Source: Clostridia bacterium (lineage in GTDB: Bacteria; Bacillota; Clostridia; UBA1212; DUPL01). From it: a stretch of 64,000 nucleotides of DNA. The DNA lies in contig JBMNIW010000008.1 in assembly GCA_050951325.1 (NCBI GenBank), forward strand, positions 288,001 through 352,000, read 5' to 3'. A program made the translations under genes and the position numbers. The notes below the pieces were generated by a model, which saw only the letters and a list, made by a program, of their open reading frames with translations, had not been told where the DNA came from and did not search any database. Below are positions 30,079-40,154 of the stretch, piece by piece. Each line of letters opens with the position of its first letter. Within the stretch, counting starts at the first letter, position 1.

Positions 30079-30831
30079 CTAAATTTTTATCTGGTGTTTA
30101 TATATCACAATGGTAATATCATCGTACTGAACCTTGTTTCTTTCACTGATCGACCTGTCTTTTGCAAGGTTGACAATATATTTCACACTCTCCTCCAGAT
30201 TATCCGAATTGACAATCTCCATTAATTCTTCAGGCTTGACATAATCACTTACACCATCCGAGCACATAACAACAATGTCCCCATCCTTCATTTCGATTTC
30301 TTCTACTGCATAGGCAGGAACAACCATGGGAATAAAGATATCAAATAAAGACCACATGCAATCAGGCAATCTCCCAATATACTCTTCGATTTGCTCTTCA
30401 GTAAGCAAGCCAAAATCCACAATAGTCTTGTACCTCTTTACCGGCTTTGCCACCCTTTTAACAGTGTTTTCATGTATTATGTATGCCGGTGAGTCGCCAA
30501 TGGCTGCAATAGTTGCCACATTGTTGTCAATCACACAAATATCAAGAGTACCAAAGGTTAGGGTTTTACTTTTTTGTGATATATATATCAGTTCATTGTT
30601 TATTCTCCACACCATATTTTCTATATACTCTTTTGCAGACAGGTTGGATAAGCAAAAAGGACTATCTTTTATATTCCTTACACAACATTCGGACATTACG
30701 ACTTTGCCCCTTTTCCCTGCCCCTGATGCACCATCAGACAATACCAGTGTTGTTTTGTCTGGGGATATATAAAACATATCGCCATTAATGCCACTGGTAC
30801 CTACAAGACTTTCACCATAACATATTGGCAT
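30079..30831 (-). CDS. PP2C-family Ser/Thr phosphatase
   Basis: VLSDGASG, IGDS, CSDGVSD, DDIT. Confidence 0.88.
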   Translation of the reverse strand: MPICYGESLVGTSGINGDMFYISPDKTTLVLSDGASGAGKRGKVVMSECCVRNIKDSPFCLSNLSAKEYIENMVWRINNELIYISQKSKTLTFGTLDICVIDNNVATIAAIGDSPAYIIHENTVKRVAKPVKRYKTIVDFGLLTEEQIEEYIGRLPDCMWSLFDIFIPMVVPAYAVEEIEMKDGDIVVMCSDGVSDYVKPEELMEIVNSDNLEESVKYIVNLAKDRSISERNKVQYDDITIVIYKHQIKI

Positions 30832-30915
30832 CTAACCACATCCTGCTTCAACCAACATTGTTATCATTATGGCAGATACCTTGTCAGAAAACAACAAAAA
30901 AAGCGGACCTTTGCC

Positions 30916-32289
30916 AAATGTCATTAACTTAAGAGATCGCAATACATGTTTTGTTGCGATCTCTTAGTTTATTTCAAATCTTAAATTAACTGGCACGGTA
31001 TTTTATTGATCCTTCTAATACACTTTATCTTTGTCTTGTTACAGATTTAAAAAATGACATAAAAAAGTTAAGTTATAGTTTATAACAATAACTCTTGCTA
31101 TGTAAATATTAGGAATATGGAAAACTAGGAGTTTCTTTTAATATTATTAAGAACCTCTTGCTTTTTGCATTTTTGTGTCTGTTGAAAGAACGCCCTTTTC
31201 TTACAGGTATAAGTTCTGATTGTATTTCTTTTATGACTTTCTCGAATAAGATTCTGCGTTCAACATCACTATCAGTTGCTACAAATCCTATTAGTTCATC
31301 CCTCATTACTCCGATTGCGAAGTTTTTATTTATAGTCATAACATGTTTGTATTTGTTAAGTTTTCCCTCACGCTTTAACGATTCTTCGGCATCTCGAATA
31401 ACATCTTGGATAATGTTACACAGATATACTGTTGCATATATATCTTGTTCTATAAGTAACGGCTTTGTTCCTGTAAAGTTTTCGATTTCTAATTTGTTTT
31501 TTAAGGTATCATATACTGTTTCTATTGCCCATCGCATAAAATACAAGTCCGAAATTTCTTTGGTATTGAACTCTTCTTGGCTTAAATTAGTAGCAAGATA
31601 CTCAGTTTCACCGGAAGATAAATGCATGCGTACAAATCTTACAAACATAGAACCAACAGTACGTAGTTTCTCTGCAAACTCTGTATTTCGATAAGGGTTA
31701 ATACGGGTCTGATCAAATTTTATCTCAATAATTTCATCATCGGAAGTCATAGACGATTGCTCTCTTTTGAACTGCGAAGAGCTTAACCTCATGAGAAATT
31801 TTTGTCCCTTCTCGAATCGATTAAGCATATTTTCAATTGAAGGATAACCTCTATCAAACAAAACGATAAAGGCTTTGTCTTCAATAATTTCAGCAATGTT
31901 ATCAATATTCTTCTCGGCAACAGCTCGTTCGTCAAAATTATTCCTGTTAATAGATATATCTAAAATAAATTCATTACACACATCGTATATACAAGAAAGA
32001 CCAATCTGTGCAGTAGGCTTTGCAGATGGCACCGAGGAGTTACCATATAATTCTAGAGTATCTTTATTACATACTCCAAGTCTTTTTCAAATCTAATCTT
32101 AGATAATAATTTTAACATCTTATACTCCCCATTTCTAGCAAAATCGAGAGTATTAAATAATATTTATTTAACAACTATGTATTATTTTATAATATTTGTT
32201 TTAAAATGTAAAACTGAAAATGTAATAAAAAGACCCTAACCGAATAAGTTAGGGTTCTTTAAAACGAGTTTCTTAAGTTAATGACATTG
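30916..32289 (-). mobile_element. IS4-family element, internally deleted
   Basis: IRs AATGTCATTAACTTAAGA / TCTTAAGTTAATGACATT; TSD GACCTTTGCC at 30906-30915 and 32290-32299. Confidence 0.88.
31109..32118 (-). pseudogene. IS4 transposase with N-terminal deletion
   Basis: FDRGY, LATNL, YFMRWAIETVYDTLKNKL; start MLKLLSKIRFEKDLEY is joined out of frame near 32070. Confidence 0.82.
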
Positions 32290-32326
32290 GACCTTTGCCC
32301 GCCTTTAAGTTCATCGAATAGTATAA

Positions 32327-33040
32327 CTAAACCGCTGCTGCTCCTCCATCGATTGAAATAACAGCCCCGTGGATGTAGGAGGATTCTTCACCAAGCAGGA
32401 AGCATACGACATTAGCTACTTCATGAGGCAGGCCCAATCTTCCCATTGGAACAGCCTCTGCCATGGCATCAATAGCTTCTTGAGGATACGCTTTGACCAT
32501 AGGGGTTTCATTGGTTCCTGGAGCTATTGCATTTATCCTTATATTATCCCTTCCATACTCTGCAGCGATTGCTTTTGTCAATCCAACTACTGCATGTTTT
32601 GTAGCTGAATATACGCCAAGGGTTGGTATTGCAACCACACCGCCCAATGATGCGGTATTTACAATTACACCACCACCGGTCTTAAGCATTTCGCTTATAA
32701 CAAACTTAAGCCCATAGAATACACCTTTGAAGTTTACATCAACTATTGAGTTAAACTCCTCTATCGAGCAATCTATTGTTCTAACTCCAGAACCGGAAAC
32801 TCCTGCATTGTTGAAGAACAAGTCAATCTTTCCAAAGCGCTCGATTGTTTCATCAACATATCTTTTAACATCTTCAACCTTGCCAACATCCGCTTGTACA
32901 AATATGGCATCGCCGCCTTGCTCTTTACAAAGACGTACAGTCTCCTCTCCATGCTCTTTGGATATGTCAACTATTGTAAGGTTAACACCTTTTTAGCCAG
33001 CATCAATCCTACTTCTCTTCCAAATCCACTACCTCCACCT
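32327..33040 (-). pseudogene. SDR oxidoreductase truncated by IS605 element and frameshifted
   Basis: GGGSGFG starts at the IS right end; NNAG, YSATK, IDGG present; A5 run at 32990-32994 breaks the frame. Confidence 0.85.
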
Positions 33041-33209
33041 CTGAAACTCTGCGTGGCTAAAGCCAGCAGGTTCTAACGTACTTTCCAACTTCTGCACTAA
33101 CCCGAAAGTATAGTGCCACTAATTGGTTTCCGTTAGACTTTTACCACCAATTGTTCCTACGAACAAATTAACGGTAGTTTAGGCTCGTTTCAAAACCCAT
33201 TATATAAAC
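33041..33209 (-). ncRNA. Putative TnpB omega/reRNA scaffold
   Basis: About 170-nt multi-hairpin region between the tnpB stop and RE; position typical of omega RNA. Confidence 0.65.
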
Positions 33210-34667
33210 TCATATTACATTCTTTAATGCTTGTCTTACTTCACTATTATTTAATCTTTCAATTTCTTTATCATGTAGTATTTTAAACCTCTCAAAATCT
33301 CGTTTACATTCTTCTTGATTAATATTGCATAAATCATCGTTAACGTGCTGTATTAAAAATGCACTATATAAATCCCTTTGTATTTTAATGCCGTTTAAAT
33401 CATTCCAACGTTGACTTAATTTTTTCTTATTATATCTGCAATTCAAATGATTATATTGGCTTGCTTTTACTTCTTTAGTATTAACTTTTATAAGTTTTTC
33501 ACCAAAATATTTTAATTTATTGTCTAGTATGGTTAATAATTTTGCTGGTGCTTTATTGGCTAAACTTTTACCAAACCGTTTCTTACGTTTAAATTTACCT
33601 TTATCGTTCTTTTCAGTTTTCTTGTTTCGTTTCTGCAATCCTTTAAAATTCATTTCTTCAACTTTTATCTTATTACCGAGAGATAATATATAATTACTTA
33701 ATAATTGGTGTTGATATTCTCTTACGTCTGCTTGTTTTCTATATAATTCTCTTAGTTTGTTCTGTGCTTTAATATATCTATTAGATTTGACCCATTTAAG
33801 TTTACCTTTTTTTATTGTACCATCTTCATTAAAATTATCAGGATTATTAGCACGTCTGCTTCTATCCATATACCTCAAAATTCTACGCTTTTCTTTTTCA
33901 ATATTATTTACTCTATCGGCTAATTCTAATAATTTTACATCTACATTTGATACTATTGCTATTGTTTGAGTACCAATATCTAACCCCACTGTACCATTTC
34001 CTATATGTCTTTTAACCTCACCATCTTTATTTATCTTCATAGGAGGTACACCTTTGAATACTATTTGAAGATAATATTTGTATTTACCTTTTATAAATCT
34101 ACGTTTAATTCTACAATAGCATATTTCATCTTTTAGTGCTTGGTACTCATAAGGATTATTATAATCTATTTTTACAGATATTTTTAACCCATTCCATATA
34201 AGAAAACCATCTTTAAATCTTATGCCTGTTTTATTGCTTTTACCTTCAAGAGAATCTAATTCTCCATATTTTTTGAAGTGTACTATTTCACCATCTCCAA
34301 ACAATAAATCTTCAAATGCACTCCATACTCTTGTTGCTATTTTTTGTGCTGTGAAACTATCTATATTTTCCGAGAAATGATGTTGCATTTCTTGTATATC
34401 TTCATGTAGTGAATATTCATTGAGCCTATATTGCTTATACATTTCATTTAATTGCTTATATAATAGTTTCTTCTCTTTTTCATTTGCATTATTAATTTGC
34501 TCCTTTAACTGCCTATATTTTTTAGTTTCAATCATAGATTTATAACGTTTATATGCTTTAGATAATACAGCATTGTATAATTGTCTGCTAATTTCAAAAC
34601 GCTTATTTAAAATAGTTTCTTGATACTTTTCAGTTATTAATGGAAATGTTACACAATATCGACTCAT
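33210..34667 (-). CDS. tnpB: RNA-guided endonuclease TnpB (485 aa)
   Basis: RuvC motifs GLDIG, VEEMNFKGL, QRDLYSA; downstream of tnpA. Confidence 0.9.
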   Translation of the reverse strand: MSRYCVTFPLITEKYQETILNKRFEISRQLYNAVLSKAYKRYKSMIETKKYRQLKEQINNANEKEKKLLYKQLNEMYKQYRLNEYSLHEDIQEMQHHFSENIDSFTAQKIATRVWSAFEDLLFGDGEIVHFKKYGELDSLEGKSNKTGIRFKDGFLIWNGLKISVKIDYNNPYEYQALKDEICYCRIKRRFIKGKYKYYLQIVFKGVPPMKINKDGEVKRHIGNGTVGLDIGTQTIAIVSNVDVKLLELADRVNNIEKEKRRILRYMDRSRRANNPDNFNEDGTIKKGKLKWVKSNRYIKAQNKLRELYRKQADVREYQHQLLSNYILSLGNKIKVEEMNFKGLQKRNKKTEKNDKGKFKRKKRFGKSLANKAPAKLLTILDNKLKYFGEKLIKVNTKEVKASQYNHLNCRYNKKKLSQRWNDLNGIKIQRDLYSAFLIQHVNDDLCNINQEECKRDFERFKILHDKEIERLNNSEVRQALKNVI

Positions 34668-34684
34668 AAATATTCACCACCTTT

Positions 34685-35083
34685 CTATACGTTTTTTTGA
34701 TTTTCTATATATTTTTGTATTGTTTCTTCTGAAATATATCCTATAGTGCAACAAAAATAACTTCGTGTCCAAAGAGAAGGTATTCTACTTCTTAACTCTG
34801 GATATTTATTTCTTAATATCCTACTACTTGTTCCTTTAAAATATCTTATTAATTCATGCAGTGGTTGTCGTGGGTCAAAACTTATAAACATATGAACATG
34901 GTCGGGCATTATTTCTAATGCTTTTATTTCAACATTCTTTTCTTTTGCAATATCACAAAATATTTGTCTTAAATCTTTTTCAATATTACCAACCAATACT
35001 TTCCTTCTATATTTAGGACAAAACACTATATGATATTGGTTAAGATATACAATACCTTCTTTGTGTATATATTTATCATTCAT
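34685..35083 (-). CDS. tnpA: HUH (Y1) transposase
   Basis: YHIVFCPKYRR, PDHVH, LWTRSYF, KYIENQK. Confidence 0.95.
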   Translation of the reverse strand: MNDKYIHKEGIVYLNQYHIVFCPKYRRKVLVGNIEKDLRQIFCDIAKEKNVEIKALEIMPDHVHMFISFDPRQPLHELIRYFKGTSSRILRNKYPELRSRIPSLWTRSYFCCTIGYISEETIQKYIENQKNV

Positions 35084-35196
35084 TAGATATTCACCACCTA
35101 TCTAATTATAATATAGCATAATATTAGATGGGTGTCAAGTATCTAATAAGCCTTCATCCCAACGACTAAAGTCGTGGGCTTTCGGCTAAGTTTTCT

Positions 35197-35762
35197 GTAA
35201 TCAAAATCATTCTGCCAATTAACATGTACGCCGTTGCTGTTTTTGCCAAATTCCCTTAAGCTAGCCATGGCAATTCTTTCTACAGTAACACTTTCAGGCA
35301 ATGCCTCATCAAATTCCATTGGATTACTGTGAGAATAGTATGCAATGTCATACATTTTTTCATATCCCTTTTTCTCATAGAACCGAAGAGCCCTGTCATT
35401 CCCTGCAATGACTTCCAGAAACATCTGCCTGCAGCCTTCCTTAAGAGCTGTACTTTTATGCAGGTCAAATAATCTATGACTTATTTCACTTCCCCTGTAG
35501 TCAGGATGAACGCATAAAGCTCCACATCTTAGTGTTCTGATTCCTTCGTACACCTTGAAGCCACCCAGCACAAGACTACAGGCTTGTCCCCATCCAGAGC
35601 AATAAAAGAATACTCGCGTTTGTTTCCTTCAATCCCAAAGAAGTTCTTTACAAACACATCTTTTGTGTGCTGAAATTTAAAGACATAATCTGAAAAGCCC
35701 CCTTGAAAGGCTTCGAATACAGCATCGTCATTTACTTCCGTACAATTTTTGTATGTTATCAT
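35197..35762 (-). pseudogene. GNAT acetyltransferase, frameshifted near 35575 and truncated by IS605
   Basis: AFQGGFSDY..LCVHPDYRG..LEVIAGNDRALRFYEKKGY..NWQNDFDY then IS left end. Confidence 0.82.
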
Positions 35763-35869
35763 TCTTTCACCTCTAATTCATTATACTGCACCATGTTCTG
35801 CGCCCAAAAACCTGTCCTGACCACTATTACTCCAATTATACACTTAATAATTTCAGCTGATTAGCAGAG

Positions 35870-36581
35870 AGGGTAAAGAACCAGAATGTTTAATGATGTA
35901 AAGTGTGTCATGACACATGTAAGAGGTACGAAGATAGCCCAGGTTTATACACTGTCAAACATAAGCCTCCATGCATACTGCTTTGCACTCGGTATATCGT
36001 TTGCACCCAGAGCCTGTCCTACCATGACAGCAACTGCAGCTCCCATGGAGAACAGAACGACATTTGCGAGTGGAAAACAGCTGTGTTAAAAAGACCATAT
36101 AAACTCATTCATAAGATGAGGAAACCTGTCAGAATTACAGTGAACATATATGACAATAATGGAAAGCTCTACAAGCCTTGCCAACACTGTTGCTATTGCA
36201 GCTCCTTCAACTCCCAATGCAGGTAATCCAAGTTTTCAAAAGATTAATACGTAATTTATGCATAACACCTTCCATACTCCAGCATGGCAGCCCTTTCAGC
36301 AGCATCTCCATCACCTGTCAGGTACAAAGAGATTAACTGGTCTCCCCGAGTAAGAAACAAGGCAATCGCAATATCAGCTGATTAGCTATTGCAACACCTG
36401 ACATTTGGGGTGTGCCAACCTGCCCTATCATGATATTGTCAAGTAGGTTTACAAAGTGTGTAATGGCATTCTGCACAATTATGGGCAAAACCAACACAAA
36501 AACCGCATGATAAAACTTTCTGTCCCCTTTAAATATATCTTTGAATCTATTAACAGCACCAGTTGATACGGGTTGCTTCAT
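35870..36581 (-). pseudogene. MATE efflux transporter collapsed by multiple deletions
   Basis: Fragments in different frames: LPIIVQNAITHFVNLLDNIMIGQVG, LPALGVEGAAIATVLAR, AVMVGQALGA. Confidence 0.8.
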
Positions 36582-36680
36582 ATATTTTCCTCCATTTGCT
36601 AAAAGCCATGCGTTTTTCGCATGAGGAGTATTTTAGCATAATGGAGGAACATATTCTAGAAAAATATATTGGCAAGATTC

Positions 36681-37373
36681 TTAATTACCGCTGTTCTGAA
36701 AAGCCGTAGCAGGCAGCTGTCCTTTAACAACAAGTTCCCCATCCTGTGGTTTAACCATATCAAAAGATCCCTTGTTCTGCTCAGCTTGTTCTTTCAAAAA
36801 ACTGCTCAAAGCATTGTTTATACTTTCTTGCATATCCTTTTTCTTATACAAGCTTTTTGGCAAGCCAACACCCATAAGGCTTGCCTTGTTGACAGTAATA
36901 TCAGTCGTATTGTTCACAACCTCACCAGAAAAGTTAAAATACACGGTAAGCTTGTTAGGCAGGTACTTTAAAGCTGGAGCAGATTCAAGCAAAGATTCTT
37001 CTGAAACTGATCCGCCAAGCATTGTCTCCAATAAAAATTCCTTGTTAACAACACCGGAAAAATCTACAGTATCATCTTTATTCACCCTTACCTGAACCTT
37101 CTGAAGAGCGCTATCTTCAGACTTGTTGTATCCAAGCAGGGATGTCACTTCTTCACTGGTAAGCCTTGCATCCACATCCAATACTTCTTTGTCTGTGTCT
37201 TTGTCCAAGTTCAGTTTTTTTAGAGCACTATCATATGCCTCTTTGCTTACTTTAACTCCCAGATTCTTTGGTACATGCATGTTGTATACAAATACTCCAA
37301 TAACTACACCAAGAACAACAAATATAACAAATACTGCAATAAGGGCTTTTTTCTTTTTACTTTTTTTCTTCAT
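36681..37373 (-). CDS. Membrane-anchored hypothetical protein
   Basis: Basic N-terminus plus TM; GGGAG RBS. Confidence 0.75.
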   Translation of the reverse strand: MKKKSKKKKALIAVFVIFVVLGVVIGVFVYNMHVPKNLGVKVSKEAYDSALKKLNLDKDTDKEVLDVDARLTSEEVTSLLGYNKSEDSALQKVQVRVNKDDTVDFSGVVNKEFLLETMLGGSVSEESLLESAPALKYLPNKLTVYFNFSGEVVNNTTDITVNKASLMGVGLPKSLYKKKDMQESINNALSSFLKEQAEQNKGSFDMVKPQDGELVVKGQLPATAFQNSGN

Positions 37374-37515
37374 GTTTCACTCCCTTAATTTGGTGAAATG
37401 TGTATAAATATTATACCATGTTAAAATCAGATCTCAAAATTATTTATTGTAATTTTTTGGTAAAAACCCAGGAATTATGATAGTATTTTATAAACTAAAA
37501 AAGGAAGTGATGCTG

Positions 37516-38265
37516 ATGGCTTTTAAGAATAAAACGGTTATTGTAACGGGTGCTGCAAATGGAATAGGTAAAGCTGTTGCCACCCTTTATGCTGAAAAGG
37601 ATGCCTGTGTGGTAATAGCAGACAAGGATGAGGAAAATGGAATAAAGACAGCGGAGAGTATAAAGAAGAAGGGGTTTAATGCAATATTTTTGGCAGCTGA
37701 TGTAAGAGTCGAAACTGACATAATACGGCTGATGGAAAGCACATATAAAGCATATGGGCATATTGATATCCTGATAAACAATTCCGGGCTTTCAGTTTTC
37801 AAGTCTCCGTATGAATTATCAATTGAAGAATGGGATGATATTTTAAACACAAATTTAAGAAGTGTTTTCTTGTGCTCCCGAGAAGCTGCAAAGTACATGC
37901 GCATGAAAAAAGATGGCGGCTGTATAGTTAATATTGCATCAACAAGGGCTATTATGTCCGAACCAAACTCCGAAGCGTATGCAGCTTCAAAAGGTGGGAT
38001 TGTAGCCATAACCCATGCTCTTTCTGCATCGTTTGGAAAAGACAGGATTACAGTAAACGCAATATCTCCTGGCTGGATTGAGACGGGTGACTATTCAAAA
38101 CTAAGAGATATTGATCACGAACAACATCTGTCAAAACGTGTGGGAAAGCCGAAAGATATCGCCAGAGCATGCCTTTTCCTGACAGACAAAGAGAATGATT
38201 TTGTCACCGGTATTAATTTGGTCGTAGATGGCGGCATGACCCGTAAAATGATATATGAGGAGTAA
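37516..38265 (+). CDS. SDR family oxidoreductase
   Basis: TGAANGIG, NNSG, YAASK, VDGG. Confidence 0.92.
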   Translation: MAFKNKTVIVTGAANGIGKAVATLYAEKDACVVIADKDEENGIKTAESIKKKGFNAIFLAADVRVETDIIRLMESTYKAYGHIDILINNSGLSVFKSPYELSIEEWDDILNTNLRSVFLCSREAAKYMRMKKDGGCIVNIASTRAIMSEPNSEAYAASKGGIVAITHALSASFGKDRITVNAISPGWIETGDYSKLRDIDHEQHLSKRVGKPKDIARACLFLTDKENDFVTGINLVVDGGMTRKMIYEE

Positions 38266-38289
38266 CTGCTACTCCTCATCATACTATCC

Positions 38290-38640
38290 TGCTGTTCTCA
38301 AACTCTATAAAGACAAGTTCCAAATTCCGGATTTTCCCGAATAAATGCTTTAATCTTCACAAGGAAAATGTATTACCTCTTAAACATCCCAAATACTCCG
38401 AACTTGGGGATCTTGGCTATGTAGGCATTGAATGACAAATCAAACTTTACGTATGTATCTCGGGACATTTTAATTTTTCCCTTAACTCTTCCATCAAAAA
38501 CATTGGAAATTCTTCTTTTTTTACATCCTTGCCTTCGGGTTCAGAAATCTTTGTTGTCATGGCCTTGTACCAACCTTTTACCAGAGCAAAATTGCCAGAT
38601 ACAACAAACCAAGCTTGATTTTACTGCCTGATTTTCTCAT
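38290..38640 (-). pseudogene. Decayed gene remnant of unknown family
   Basis: AGGAGG RBS plus signal-like start MRKSGSKIKLGLLYLAILL followed by broken frames. Confidence 0.35.
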
Positions 38641-38747
38641 AAATTCCTCCTAGTGTATTAATTGCCATTTGCAATTAAACACCTGTTAAAACAAGGCTTC
38701 AATAAAAAACAACCCAGAAAACATCCAGGTTGCTTTTCATTTTATTC

Positions 38748-39971
38748 TCACTCCACGATCTTATCCTTAATCTTTTCAATGAGCTTCAAAACTGCTTTTT
38801 CAATCTTTTCAAGATGTCCTTCCTTGGGGGCTCCCTCAAACTCCACCGAATCAATTAAATCCCACTTCATATTGTTTCTTTCAATGATTTCTTTCAACTC
38901 CTTCTCTGCGCCACCCGACCAGCCATAGGAGCCAAATCTAAATGCTGTCTTTCCTGTAATCCTCTTCCTTCCTATCTCATCCAGTGCAGCGGCTACAGGT
39001 GGAAAGAGCTTGTACTCATATGTAGGAGCTGCAATTATCACTGCCGCAGACTTGAATACTGTTGCCACCATTTCACTGTCGCTTTCCAAAGGCATCTGAA
39101 GCTTGTTGTATTTAACACCCTCTCTTTTGAGTATGCCTTCAACAAAATCAACAGCCTTTTTTGTCATTCCATACATTGAACCCCACAATATGGTAACTTC
39201 ATTCTTTCCTTTCCCATCTGCATACTGGGAGAACCTGTAATAGTCATCCATGATTTTATTGGGATTCTTTCTGTAAACAGGACCATGTCCAGGAGCAATT
39301 ATACTTGCATTCAGCTGTCTTGCCTTCTCCAAGGCCTTTCGCAAACTGGGAGTAAAAGTGGTCATAACATTGGAATAGTATCTTATACCTTCAAATTCAA
39401 AGAACTCCATTTCTTCATCCGTCAATTCATCATCAAAGAAGTGCTCTCCCATTCTGCCAAAAGTTCCAAACATGTCGCAGGAAAACAAGGTTTTCGTGCT
39501 GGTTTCAAAGGTGTACATGGTATCCGGCCAGTGAACATTGGGTACAGGATGGAAACTCAGCACCTTGCCCTTTCCAAGGTCAAGAGTATCCCCTTCCTTT
39601 ACAACTCTTATCTTGTCTTCACCGTAGAAAGAAGATACCATCTTTGCTGCCTTGTCAGTACAGATTATTGTAAAATCTTCCTTAATTTTTCTAAAGTTTG
39701 AAATCCAGCCTGAATGGTCAGGTTCCATATGATTGACTATGAGATAATCTATATCATTAGGATCAACACCTATTTCCTCCAGATTCCTATACAAGGTTTC
39801 AGGTATTCCATCCCAGTTAATAACTCCATCAATAATTGCAGTCTTCTCTCCTTGTACAATAAAGGAGTTGAGAGTTACTCCATTTGCTATTTCCCATATG
39901 CCTTCAAAAAGTATATCTTCCACATTCATTGTAAGCATATGTATTCCATCTGCAATTCTTATCTTCTTCAT
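38748..39971 (-). CDS. fprA: FprA-family flavodiiron protein
   Basis: NHMEPDHSG, HWPD, PGHG, SMYGMT, GSYGWSG. Confidence 0.92.
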   Translation of the reverse strand: MKKIRIADGIHMLTMNVEDILFEGIWEIANGVTLNSFIVQGEKTAIIDGVINWDGIPETLYRNLEEIGVDPNDIDYLIVNHMEPDHSGWISNFRKIKEDFTIICTDKAAKMVSSFYGEDKIRVVKEGDTLDLGKGKVLSFHPVPNVHWPDTMYTFETSTKTLFSCDMFGTFGRMGEHFFDDELTDEEMEFFEFEGIRYYSNVMTTFTPSLRKALEKARQLNASIIAPGHGPVYRKNPNKIMDDYYRFSQYADGKGKNEVTILWGSMYGMTKKAVDFVEGILKREGVKYNKLQMPLESDSEMVATVFKSAAVIIAAPTYEYKLFPPVAAALDEIGRKRITGKTAFRFGSYGWSGGAEKELKEIIERNNMKWDLIDSVEFEGAPKEGHLEKIEKAVLKLIEKIKDKIVE

Positions 39972-40154
39972 ACTGCTTCCTCCTGAAAAAAGTAATAATT
40001 GTGTACATGTTATTTTTCCACAAGAGTGGCGGTCATGTCAATCAATATTATCTCGTAAGTTGAAATTGTGTTGACATTAGCATCCTTTTTTGCAAAACCA
40101 CATGTACCAGAATCCCATGAAATGGTATAATAAATGTACAAGAGGTGATCAATT

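Larger units (their letters stand above)
33041..35196 (-). mobile_element. IS200/IS605 element (tnpA+tnpB)
   Basis: LE hairpin CCCACGACTTTAGTCGTTGGG following target TTAC (35197-35200); RE hairpin ending TTCAG; no TSD; AT-rich. Confidence 0.9.

Noticed and set aside
33041-34667. TnpB as a Cas12 effector with CRISPR array
   Set aside because: No repeat-spacer array seen anywhere in the window; tnpA and IS605 ends are present
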